A model generated the notes under the pieces. It searched no databases. It had not been told where the DNA came from and worked only from the letters and a program-made list of their open reading frames with translations. Of a stretch of DNA of 64,000 nucleotides, positions 1 through 10,633 are shown in pieces. Source of the stretch: Octopus vulgaris (taxonomy: Eukaryota). Made by a program: the position numbers and the translations under genes. The stretch is from contig OX597822.1 of the NCBI GenBank assembly GCA_951406725.2, forward strand, positions 21,886,001 through 21,950,000. The letters run 5' to 3'. Numbering within the stretch: the stretch's first letter is position 1; the number at the start of each line of letters is the position of its first letter.

Positions 1-95
1 TTCACAGTCTGTTTCGGTTTGGTTTCTACAGTGGATACTCTTACTAATGCCAATCACTTTACAAAGTGAACCAGGGTGCTTTTTATGTGGCACCT
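1..95 (-). mobile_element. Fragment of SINE-like repeat family A (GGTGCCACATAAAAAGCACC...GGCATTAG...GTAGAAAC)
   Basis: Reverse complement matches the core of the copies at 8629-8930, 17155-17425 and 17645-17781. Confidence 0.55.
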
Positions 96-111
96 TGGTT
101 TTATCATAGGT

Positions 112-202
112 ATCTATCCATTTATCTATTTATCTATCTATCTATCTATCCCTCCCTCTATCTATCTATATCTATACACATACATATATGTGTGTGTTTG
201 TT

Positions 203-271
<69 letters not shown>

Positions 272-272
272 T
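112..272. repeat. (TATC)n followed by (TA)n microsatellite
   Basis: Directly visible. Confidence 0.95.
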
Positions 273-506
273 TAGACGAAGTTGCCCCTATGTAAAAGAA
301 GACATCGGTACCCGCAGAAATTTTGCATTGGTAAATTGTGTTTCTAATTTTGGAATTTTTGGATAAGAACTTTAATCTGTTGGGGTTAACCTCCGAGACT
401 AATACGGAGTTTTTATTGTTATGATAGGTGTATTTATTATTGCTAGCATTGGTCACGATACTGTTCCAGTGCAATCTGTGGACATGTACCAAGAGCGATA
501 AAAATT

Positions 507-1090
507 AAATATCTAGTCAACATCATAGTGTTTGGAGTGATCACTAATAATGGTGATACTATGCCTTCATTCATCTTCTCATATGGCTTCAGCTGCATCA
601 TGGAGGCCTACATCAAATGCCTGGAGGCGATAGTGCTGCTGGAAGACTGTGTATCTGGCAATAGGACTCTGCACCATGCCACACAAGCAGAAGAACCCAG
701 TCATGACTGTCAGACAATTTTTGAGACCACATAATCCTTAACATTTGGCCACTTAACTCCCCAGACTGCATCCCCCTTGATTATTATGTGTGTGGTACAG
801 TTGAGTGAGAGACTAGCAAAACTCCTTGAAACAGCAAAGAGGAACTGTATGCAAGGATTATAGCAGTATTCACCAACTTAAACAAGGAGACTGTCCAGAA
901 GAACTGCAGGAGATTCCGAAGTTGTCTGGAGGCTGTGGTTGAAACCAATGGCGGTGTTATTGAGTAAATTTACTCTTTAGTATTTCAAGATATTTTATTG
1001 TAATTTTGGTAAATATATCTGTTAAAATGAGTTGTTAGTGTTATTTTGATTTTTGTGTAATTTAGATGAGAGATTATTCACTGCACCCTG
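507..1090 (+). mobile_element. 3' part of a degraded Tc1/mariner-superfamily DD37D (maT-type) transposon
   Basis: Translation across a frameshift: VFGVITNNGDTMPSFIF...AYIKCLE, then IWQ*DSAPCHTSRRTQS*LSDNF*DHIILNIWPLNSPDCIPLDYYVCGTVE...LEAVVETNGGVIE*. There are 37 residues between the 2nd and 3rd catalytic D. The element ends in CACCCTG (1084-1090). Internal stops indicate a pseudogene. Confidence 0.85.
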
Positions 1091-1107
1091 TGCGTGTGTG
1101 TGTGTGT

Positions 1108-1149
<42 letters not shown>
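1091..1149. repeat. (TG)n microsatellite
   Basis: Directly visible. Confidence 0.95.
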
Positions 1150-1151
<2 letters not shown>

Positions 1152-1200
1152 TTATGTGAAAATTATAAATCATAAGTCTGGCTTGTTTGCAATTTTACAA

Positions 1201-1319
1201 CCAAAAGGCAGAAATATATACGTCACTAAAGTGACTTAGGGTTCTTGTCAGCACCAGCAATGCTTGTACTGACTAGTGCCCTCAGTCACTTTAGCAACGT
1301 ATATATTCCTGCCATTTGG
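1201..1319. mobile_element. Short foldback/MITE-like inverted repeat
   Basis: CCAAAAGGCAGAAATATATACGTCACTAAAGTGACT (1201-1236) is an imperfect reverse complement of AGTCACTTTAGCAACGTATATATTCCTGCCATTTGG (1284-1319). A related half-copy lies at ~8180-8265. Confidence 0.7.
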
Positions 1320-1406
1320 CTGTATGTATATATGTGTATATCTATATGAATGTGTGTGTGTATATGTGTATGTATGTATGTGTGTGTGTATATGTGTATG
1401 TATATA

Positions 1407-1477
<71 letters not shown>

Positions 1478-1541
1478 ATATGTATATATGTATATATATA
1501 TACACATACACACACACACATATATATATATATTTATATAT
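1320..1541. repeat. Mixed (TG)n/(TA)n/(CA)n microsatellite
   Basis: Directly visible. Confidence 0.95.
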
Positions 1542-1542
1542 C

Positions 1543-2495
1543 TCAGGTCATTCCATAAGTTCTGTCCGAAGTTTGAATAAAGAAAACAAGTGATCAAATG
1601 TTATATTTAATTGAAATTTAATCATCAATGTACTTTCCCTGATTATCCATGACATCCTTCCCTCTATTTACAAGCTTTTTTATCCCATCAATGTAAAACT
1701 CTTTTGGTTTCAAAGCAAAGAACTCTGAAATATCAGTTTCGATTTCCTCCAGGCTTGCGAAAATTATGTCCCCCAAATGATTCTGTAAACTACGAAACAA
1801 ATGGTAGTCTGAAGGAGCACGGTTGGGAAAATAAGGTGGATGAGGAATTTTTTTCCAACCAAGCTCTTCAATCTTCTGTGATGTGATCTTTGCAGTGTGG
1901 GGTCGCACATTGTCCTGATGAAACATCACTCCTTTTCGATTCACTAAAGTGGGATTTCTTTTCTTCAAAACCTGGTTCAAACACTCTAATTGCTGACAGT
2001 AGACTTGAGCATTGATTGTTGCATTAGGTGGTAACAATTCAAAGTGAATTACTCCTTTGCAATCCCACCAGATAGAGAGAAGGACCTTTTTCCCATGAAG
2101 TTCTTTTCTCGGTTGTGGTTGAGCCTTTTCCTTTTTACCAAGCCACTGTTTACGGTGTTTAACATTTCGATAGAAGATCCATTTTGTGTCACCAGTCACA
2201 AGTCTATCTAAAAAGGGTGAAATGAGTTCATGAGAATGCAGAGAAGAGCAGATGTCAACTCGGGATTTGCGGTTGCTTTGAGACAATTCATGAGGCACCC
2301 ATTTTACAAGTTCAGGAACCTTTCCAAGTTGTTGAAGATGATGGTAAACAGTTGTATGGTTTGAACTAAGCTCTGTTGTCAATTCTTCAACTGATACTGC
2401 AGGATTTTCTTCAAGTAATGCCTCAAGGAGCTTATCATCAAACTCAACTGGACATCCAGTATGATCTTCATCTTGAAGGCTGAAATCTCCACTTC
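1543..2495 (-). mobile_element. 5'-truncated mariner (DD34D) transposon
   Basis: Transposase homology extends upstream of the called ORF (SGDFSLQDED...PVEFDDKLLEALLEENP). A probable TIR begins at ~1543 (TCAGGTCATTCCATAAGTTCTGTCCG) next to TA-rich sequence. Confidence 0.85.
1618..2382 (-). pseudogene. Mariner transposase catalytic region (254-aa open stretch; N-terminus missing)
   Basis: WVPHEL motif, LVTGD(T)KW, HQDNVRPH-[34-aa spacing]-PSDYHLFRSL. YSPDLAP is degraded to YFPNRAP. Confidence 0.9.
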
Positions 2496-2643
2496 TGAAT
2501 TAGCTTTTTTTGCCTTTTTGAGGGCTTTAGAACTCAAAACCTCTATGTGTTGTTTTTTTGTTTTAGAGTTAAAAAATGCTGATTTTACAGTTTTAAACCT
2601 TAAAGGGCCTAAAAAAGACAGTAAGATTGATGAATACAATATT

Positions 2644-2860
2644 CTTTTCTACTCTAGGCACAAGGCCCAAAACTTCTGGAGAGTGGGTGGCAGTCGATTA
2701 GATCGGCCCCAGTATGCAACTGGTACTTAATTTATTGACCCTGAAAGGATGAAAGGCAAAGTCGACCTCAGTGGAATTTGAACTCAGAACATAAAGATAG
2801 ACGAAATACCACTAAGCATTATGCCTGGCATGCTAACGTTTCAGCCAGCTTGCTGCCTTA
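2644..2860 (-). mobile_element. tRNA-derived SINE family B with 16-bp target-site duplication
   Basis: The minus strand starts TAAGGCAGCAAGCTGGCTGAAAC and has a B-box-like GAGTTCAAATTCC and central GTCGACTTTGCCTTTCATCCTTTC...AAGTACCAG. An identical TGATGAATACAATATT flanks it at 2628-2643 and 2861-2876. Confidence 0.85.
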
Positions 2861-4234
2861 TGATGAATACAATATTAGATATGCTAAGACAACCTGAAAC
2901 AATAGAAACTTTTAAACGTTTACTGATTTTTATGAAATTTTGGGGTTAATGAACTTGAGTTAACCGAAGCTAAATGTAATGGAAGTTAATCAGTCTGATA
3001 ATTATTTTCAAAGTTAACTTAAAAGGTAAATCATTAACAAAAACATTAACTTTGCTAATTAACAATCAAACAATCAAAGGATTAATGGACTTACGTGCAG
3101 CTCTTCATATATATGTATATAAGATTTCAGGATTCAAGCAAATCAGGTACTTAAATAGTAAAGTACCAAGGTTGGGTTGGTGATACTACTATCATGTACA
3201 AACAATATTTGAAGACAAATACATACTTCCTAAAATAAACACAGATATATACTTCAGTTGTCCATACAATCATAGATGGCCAACTGAATATATATAAAAA
3301 GTCCTCAAGGTTGCACATAGGTACAAATGCTGCACCCATTGTACTATACTCAATAAACTCCAGATCAAAATGAATTCATTTGGATCTGGTGTTTGATGAA
3401 TGATGCACAAATAACGACAAATGGATTGTGGTTCACTACAGCTGTTTCTGACATGTTTTTTTTATTGATGAATTGAAGTATTACATCATGCCAAAAAAAA
3501 AAAGGTTTCATCAGGTAAGAATTAGACATTTTGAACATCTCAATTATAAGTAAAATGTGCCATTTTGACTCTGCTAACAAACATTTGATCAGAGTGTTAA
3601 TATTCTATGCTAGCATGTAGTTTATAAAGAAGACACCGTTTGGTGCCTGGATTGGGGAGTAGAGTGGATAGGGATTATAGCAGAAGGAGAAATACAGGTT
3701 TTTTTGATGACATTTTTCTTCCATGGTCAAGCTTGTCGTTCTGCTTGGTTGGTTTCCTTGCAGGATACAGTTATAGATCGTTCCGGTTCGTTGGTTCTCT
3801 TAAAGGGTCTTTTCCTTGTATTCGTTGAAGTTTGGTTTTGATTGGTTTGGAATTATGTGACGTCAGTGAACAGTGTCACTACTATTGCTGCTACGATCAA
3901 CAGTCCTCTACTGCTGCTGCTACGGCCACAGCTTAACTGCTACAACCCCTTCCACCACCAAGGTTGCCAAAATTACGACCAACAGTAACTGCTGCTACTG
4001 TCATCTGCTGCTAGGACAGCCACAACCAATAAGCTACTGCGATTCTATTGAGACCAGTAAGAAACGATTATGAACTTTTCTATTGCACTTTTTATAATAT
4101 TTTTGATAAAGTTCGTTTTTTCAAGAACCGAAACATGTAAAATTCATAAGAAAATTAAAATGTATGTAATATAGTGGCGTTTTCAAACTTCTTTTTTACA
4201 AATATATACCCACTCGTATACGATCTACTCTTAT

Positions 4235-4281
<47 letters not shown>

Positions 4282-4288
4282 AATAAAC

Positions 4289-4588
4289 GTTGCCCTTTTC
4301 AAGCCTAGCCACGCTCATGGGCCAATTTCCCAGTTTTTGTGGTGTATGTGTTCTCCCCAGCTGTGCGGGACACCAGTTCATCACAGCATTACTCAAGAAA
4401 CAGGAAGAGACAGTGAGAAAAAGTTGTGGTGAAAGAGTAGAACAGGCATTGCCACTCCACCTGCCAGAACCTCGTGGAGCTTTTAGGTGTTTTTGCTCAA
4501 TAAACACACAGAACACCCGGTCTGGGAATCAAAACCACCATCCTCCGACCGCGAGTCCGCTACCCCAACCACTGGGCCATTGCACCTC

Positions 4589-4591
<3 letters not shown>
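4289..4591 (-). mobile_element. tRNA-derived SINE family C (chimeric body and tail)
   Basis: Minus-strand head GGAGGTGCAATGGCCCAGTGGTTGGGG...GGTTTTGATTCCC (A- and B-box-like). The body is shared with 29540-29852 and the tail with 29883-30380. Confidence 0.8.
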
Positions 4592-4650
<59 letters not shown>

Positions 4651-5457
4651 ATATTTTCAGTCACTATGAGGATATATAAATCTCTTATAGGGATGGTTCC
4701 ATCCAAGTTACGCTGGGTTTAATATATTATACCCTTAAGAAGTATTCATTCTCATTATGAATATCAAATATTATTAAGTAAGAAAATGGAGAGCTTCAAT
4801 GGGTATAAATTAATTTATCTGTTAATTAGCATTGTCTGCAATTGTTTCAATTTACACTCAATACAAATTACAAACATATAGAATAAAATAAGTTTGCATT
4901 TTGAAGATTTAGAGCAAAATATCTTCAGGATGAAAAGACATTAAGGAAGCTACAAGTTGATTGGTTGAGATGCTCCAACAGACTAAGCAGATGAAAGTAT
5001 GTTTAGTTATTTGTGTGTGTTAATAATCTTCGAAATATAATAATGAAATAAAGTATATAAAAATATTAAACTGTGAAATATAAAAATAAAAATAAGTAAA
5101 AATAAAAAATGAATGTTAATAAAAATTAAGATAATAAAAATATTCAGATAAAGATAAGGTATACAGACAAAAATGAAATGAAAAAATATAAAAAATAATA
5201 ATAAAAGGTAACAATATAATAAAAATAAATGAAAAATGAATGCTAAAATAACTGAAATAAAATGAAAATAATATAAAATAAAAATATGTGGGTAAGATAA
5301 AAAATTATAAATAAAAATAATGAATATAAATAATAATAATAAAATAAAGTTAAAATAGAATAAAGTAAAAATTTAAATAAAAATAAATGATGCACTTTTT
5401 GTAGTTAAAAATCTATCAAATAGGAAAGGAAATTAGAACTATATAAGAAAAAGTTTT

Positions 5458-5892
5458 ATGAATTTTTTTAAAACAATGGTCTATCAATCTCTATCGAAAA
5501 AGAAAATAACTGTAAATTTTTTAGACACTGGTAAGCACCAACCATATCATAAGCCAAATATGAACTTAAGGTATACTAATTATCAAAGTAACCATCCAAA
5601 ATCAATAAAAAATACTTTAGTTGCAAGTATTGAGAAAAGACTATCTTACCTTTTGTATAATGAAGAAATTTTCTATAAAAATGTTGATTACTATAATATT
5701 GCACTTGAAAAAGTAAGGTATATACTTGAGATAAAGTATTATTGGCCTAATGAATACATGCTAAATGAAAATAGAGAGGGAAAATGGACAGTAAACAAAT
5801 ATAATGGATAATAAATAGAGTAAAACTATAAAAATGAAATAATATAAAAGTACACAATAATTATTTAAACTATATAAGAAACAAACAACAAT

Positions 5893-5935
<43 letters not shown>

Positions 5936-6730
5936 AATTGTGAAAATAAATACTAAATCTGATTGTAAATTCACGGAACCCAATACAAACTATCATAATA
6001 ATAAATACGTAAATAAGAAGTCTAGTAAAGCCAAAATTAACGAGATAATTAATATCTATGATAATACTTATAATCGTAAAAATATAAATAAAAATAAAAG
6101 ATATACCCCTTATATAAATTCTGATAAATCTCATATAGATTATAATTGTCTAGATAAAGCCAATATTATATGGCTGATCATCCCTTTTGCAAACAAATCA
6201 AAAATAACATAATAAAATCTCTTTATTGATTAATTCATAAACATTTAAATAAGGATAATAGGTATAGTGCAATAATTAATTGTAAGACTGTAAGAACTGG
6301 TTACTGTTTATCAAAGAATCTTTTCAGAATCATATCTTCAATCAATAATAAAAAATGAAACATTTTCTATGACAATCGAAATATGAATAAAAAGGATGAA
6401 AATATATTTTCTATTATATCAGATCAACCAAAAATTCAATAAAATGGAGAATTGCTAACTATGAATACTGCTTTAGACACAGACAAAAAATGAATAATAC
6501 CAGCCTCAGCAAATTTATATGGATGTTAAAAGATGACAATAAAAATTGTAAACTTAAATAAGAAATTATAAGTCATGCCAGATGTTATGGAATTTCTGAT
6601 AACAGGTGTGAATTGTGTCTTGAAGAAATATTTCAGATCCTAACATCTAAAGACAATCTCCTTAATTCCAAGAAAGATGCAATTTGTCTTGTAATCATTC
6701 CACTAAATATGTTTTTAGCAAATATACTTA
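5458..6730 (+). pseudogene. PLE reverse transcriptase C-terminus, linker and GIY-YIG-associated C-terminal remnants
   Basis: VNFLD...PYHKPNMNLRYTNYQSNHPKSIKNTLVASIEKRLSYL; NIIWLIIPF...; NTSLSKFIWMLKD...RCELCLEEIFQILTSKDNLLNSK. These are typical PLE ORF motifs, interrupted by stops and an (AAT)n expansion. Confidence 0.8.
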
Positions 6731-7953
6731 ATAAGAATAAAACTGAATATTAAAGATATAAATAATGATATAGTAAGTATAACTTAATTTAAAATTCAAA
6801 TATAGAATATTAATAATATAGATATTAATCTTTATTAATTAATTGGCTACCATAGTACATGAAAATTTGAGTTATCTATCGATAACACTAACTTTGATGA
6901 TGTAATACACTTAAACCTTTTACTTACTAAACTTAAATATAGAAATAATAATGACCGACTATAAAGATTAGTTTTTATTCTCAAATAGATATACACATAT
7001 GAACATAAATATACTTATTTATTTAATTTAAGACTATGATGGCTAACTTTTATTTTAAAATTATTATACACACCGAAATATAAATATATTTATATATTTT
7101 ATCAATTATCTTACTGTTACATATAATATATATTGATGTCTATCTAATATTAAAATTTTCTGTAGTCCTTCATTTATACATGCATGTACATACACACACT
7201 TAAATATAATTATTAATTGTAATAAATGACTATAAAGATTGACTTCTATTTTCAAACAACTATAAACAAATGCATATATAAGCTGATTTGATTTGATTAT
7301 CTTTTTACTAATATGCACCCACCCACACACCCACACGCATACACACACATAAATGAACATAGATAGTAAATATCCATACACACACACAAATTAACACAGA
7401 CAATAAACATCCATATTCATAACAGTTTTATTTTATTTTTTTAAAAATATTTACTTAATTTTTTTAGTTTTTGTTTATATTTATTATTTCTATCTTACCC
7501 ACTTATATTTATTAACATGAATATACACATACACACATAAATCAACTCAAACAACAAATATTCACGCACACACATAAATTAACATAGACAATAGACACCT
7601 ATATTTATAACAGTTTTGATTTTATTTAGATTTTTACTTATTTCATTATTTATTATTTATATTTATTATTTTTACTTATATTTCTTATTTTTTATCTTTC
7701 CTACATATATTTTTATTTTATTTTTATTTTATATTATTTTCATTTTATTTCAGTTATTTATCTTTTATTTATTTTTATTATATTATAGCCTTTTATTATT
7801 ATTTTTATATTTTTTATTATTTTATTATTGTCTGTCTGAATATTTTTATTATCACACACACACACACACGCACAAATGTCCAGATATACTTTCATCTGCT
7901 TAGTCCGTTGGAATACCTCAACCAATCAACATGTAGCTTCCTTAGTGTCCTTT

Positions 7954-8052
7954 CATCCTGAAGATATTTTGCTCTGAATCTTCAAAATGCAAACTTATTT
8001 TATTCTATATGTTTGTAATTTGTATTGAGTGTAAATTGAAACAATTGTAGGC
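7954..8052 (+). ncRNA. Degenerate type I hammerhead ribozyme motif in a PLE terminal repeat (mirror copy on minus strand ~4833-4932)
   Basis: CTGAAGA at 7958-7964 and GAAA-CAATTG-TA at 8038-8049 (palindromic ACAATTGT stem III, GUA triplet). Stems I and II are weak. Confidence 0.45.
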
Positions 8053-8107
8053 AACGTTAATTCATAAATAAATTAATCTATATCCATTAAATCTATCCAT
8101 TTTCTTA

Positions 8108-8164
<57 letters not shown>

Positions 8165-8628
8165 GTAAATAATATGGGTGGCTTATTAGCAATTTAACAA
8201 CCTAAAGGCAAATTAATAGACATCACTAAAGTGACAGAGGGTACAAAGTGGTACTGGCATTGCTAGAAATAAGAGTCAAACTAACTCCCAAGCCATGGGC
8301 ACTATCTTAATAAGTTGACAAGTAAAACAAGCTCCCTGCAGTCACAGATATAAACATATCACCAGTGATTTCGAATTTTGATGTATATGTCTGTGTGTAT
8401 GTATAACATGAATTTTCATGCTTATGAGGAGAGCCTGGTCTTTATTAGTTGGCAAAGGGACAATTATAGACATATTTTGTTGTTATCTGATATCCTCAGC
8501 AAAGAATTGTACCCTAGATATGCTGCTTTGATCCGTGTAAAGGGATTTTTAGAAGTAGAAACAACTACAAATTGATAGCTAAAAGAGATAGCTTAACAAG
8601 ACATAAATATAGAGAATCTAGGGCTACT

Positions 8629-8931
8629 TCTCTTTGTTCTACTTCCTCTCTCAGCTGAGAGGTCCTTGTCTTTCAAGCTGTTTGGTAACTCCATTGGTGC
8701 TGGTGCCACATGTAAAGCACTTATGTTGGTACCATGTATAAAGCTCTTGTGCTGGTGCCACATAAAAGGCACCTAGTAAAATGGTTGGCATTAGGAAGGG
8801 CATCTAGACATAGAAAGCATGTCAAAACATTACTGGAGCCTGGTGCAGCTCTCTGACATACTGGCTCCTTGTCAAACTGTCCAACACATCTGAGCATGGC
8901 AAATGGATGTATGATAACAATGAGGATGATG

Positions 8932-8932
<1 letters not shown>
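8629..8932 (+). mobile_element. SINE-like repeat family A with internal GCTGGTGCCAC subrepeats and a (GAT)n-like tail
   Basis: Contains GGTTGGCATTAGGAAGGGCATC...AGAAA; similar to 17155-17425 and 17645-17781. Confidence 0.7.
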
Positions 8933-8971
<39 letters not shown>

Positions 8972-9414
8972 AGTATCTGTAGACTTTCAGTGTCATATAT
9001 ATGTGGGAGGTAATTCCCTCTAAAAGTTTGCTGTAGAATGGTGTCTTAAGTGACCTTCACAATCCTTGACCCAGCAGAATATTGAAGATGTGGTATTGGA
9101 AGGAGGAAGTAGTTGCATTACTATGATGCTGATACACATTTTCAGCTGAATAGCCTTGAGCAATGTGGAATGAAGTGTTTTGCATAAAGATAGAATATAC
9201 TGACCAGTATAGAAATTGAACTGGTGACCATATGGTCTATAAGGTCACCATGCACTTTTCTGTAGTAGCGTATATTCAGGGTGCAAGAAAAAATCTTCAG
9301 ACCAATCAGTTTTCATAAATATTTTAACAATAAATGTGCACCAGTCTAAACTATAATGGTAACTGAAAATCAATCAATGAATAGTTAACTATATAAAGAG
9401 AACATTACCACCTG

Positions 9415-9416
<2 letters not shown>

Positions 9417-9500
<84 letters not shown>
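9417..9500. repeat. (CA)n microsatellite
   Basis: Directly visible. Confidence 0.95.
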
Positions 9501-9501
<1 letters not shown>

Positions 9502-9575
9502 TTCACCGTACTGACCATCACTATCACTCCTCTGCACTATTTCAATTATTACCTGTTACTTACTCTCGCCTTTAT

Positions 9576-9777
9576 CTCTTTGTTCCACTTCCTCTCTCAG
9601 CTGAGAGGTCCTTGTCTTGCAAGCTATTTGCTAACCCCATTGGTGCTGGTGCCACATGTAAAGCACTTATGTTGGTGCCATGTATAAAGCTCATGTGCTG
9701 GTACCACCTAAAAGGCACCTAGTAAAGTGGTTGGCATCAGGAAGGGCATCTAGCCATAGAAACCATGCCAAAACATG
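9576..9777 (+). repeat. Direct duplicate of 8629-8830 (family A, 5' part)
   Basis: Near-identical ~200 bp, from TCTCTTTGTTCYACTTCCTCTCTCAGCTGAGAGG to CAAAACAT. Confidence 0.85.
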
Positions 9778-10437
9778 TAACTACCCATCCCTTTGTCCAT
9801 CTCTATTGCTACCAATCACTCCCCTCCTGTTTCTATTTCAAAAACCCCTGTCTTTTCCATCATACTGTTACTCTTTCATTCTGCTTGTAATGCCATTACT
9901 GTGCTGTTCTCATCTCTCGTCACCTGAGCAAATGTACACCCACTATGTTATTGAGTACACTGTAAACTTATGTTCTTACTCCCTTCCAGACACCCATTTC
10001 TGGATGTCTGCTGTCATCACTCTCCTACGCCCAGCAACTCCTTCCAGTGCTGATGCCATGATGGACATCCCCTCCCAACTGTACTCACTCTTTAGTGATT
10101 GTTGATTGAGAACCTCTCTAGCAGTGGTGCCTTGAGAAGATCCACTAAATACATGCTGTAAAATGGTTAATAATAGGAAGGACATCCAGTTGTTGGAATC
10201 AAGCCAAATGACACATATGAGTAAATGTCACATAAGCTGGTCTCTTCTCTGATTGAATTTAACACTTTCTGATAAAAGCAATGACAATAAATGTTATGTT
10301 GATTTGAAGGCATATTCTTCTATCATTTTATCATTCTTCAATGTTTCTTTGTTTAAGATTTAATAATACTTTCTAGTTAGCATTTTACCACCCTTTGGAT
10401 TAAGTATGTTATTACAAAATTACCGACAACAATTCTG

Positions 10438-10633
10438 GCTTAGGACAAATGTTGCTGTAATTTAGCCCCAGGAGGCATTATCTCCAGCTGGCTATACTAC
10501 ACGATCTGTGTCCTTAGATTTTTTAATGAGGACATTTAGCACCCCCGCTTATGCCCTCATTCAAAAATATAAGGATACACATTGTGTCATATAGACAGCT
10601 GGGGTTAAATTACAGCAACATTCATCCTAAAGC
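10438..10633. mobile_element. Palindromic MITE-like element
   Basis: Arms of ~80-95 bp are imperfect reverse complements (TAGGACAAATGTTGCTGTAATTTAGCCCCAG... / ...CTGGGGTTAAATTACAGCAACATTCATCCTA) around a ~15-bp spacer. Confidence 0.8.

Larger units (their letters stand above)
4775..8112 (+). mobile_element. Degraded Penelope-like retroelement bounded by long inverted repeats (pseudo-LTR in inverted arrangement)
   Basis: ~4780-5002 is the near reverse complement of ~7885-8105. Internal PLE RT-thumb, linker and endonuclease remnants are present, and both arms contain an HHR-like core. Confidence 0.8.

Noticed and set aside
66-492. ORFs rich in YI/IY, CV or HT dipeptides here and throughout (e.g. 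1248-1597, 12005-12729, 13441-13964, 26975-27491, 51339-51916)
   Set aside because: They are translations of (TA)n, (TG)n and (CA)n microsatellites, which lack stop codons; there is no coding evidence
1618-2382. 254-aa ORF as an active transposase or a domesticated SETMAR-like gene
   Set aside because: The N-terminal DNA-binding region is truncated and frameshifted, the YSPDL motif is degraded, and no SET exon or second TIR is visible
3100-3870. Complex-looking stretch with short ORFs (3151-3339, 3365-3580, 3640-3828)
   Set aside because: No recognisable protein motif in any frame; probably an old TE remnant, but unassignable by eye
8690-8770. Short direct repeats GCTGGTGCCAC... with variable spacers (also 17190-17280), superficially CRISPR-like
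   Set aside because: They are internal subrepeats of a dispersed eukaryotic SINE-like family, with short related spacers and no cas genes
9276-9414. CAGGGTG...CACCTG bounded segment as a possible maT-derived MITE
   Set aside because: The terminal match is only 6-7 bp, with no extended TIR
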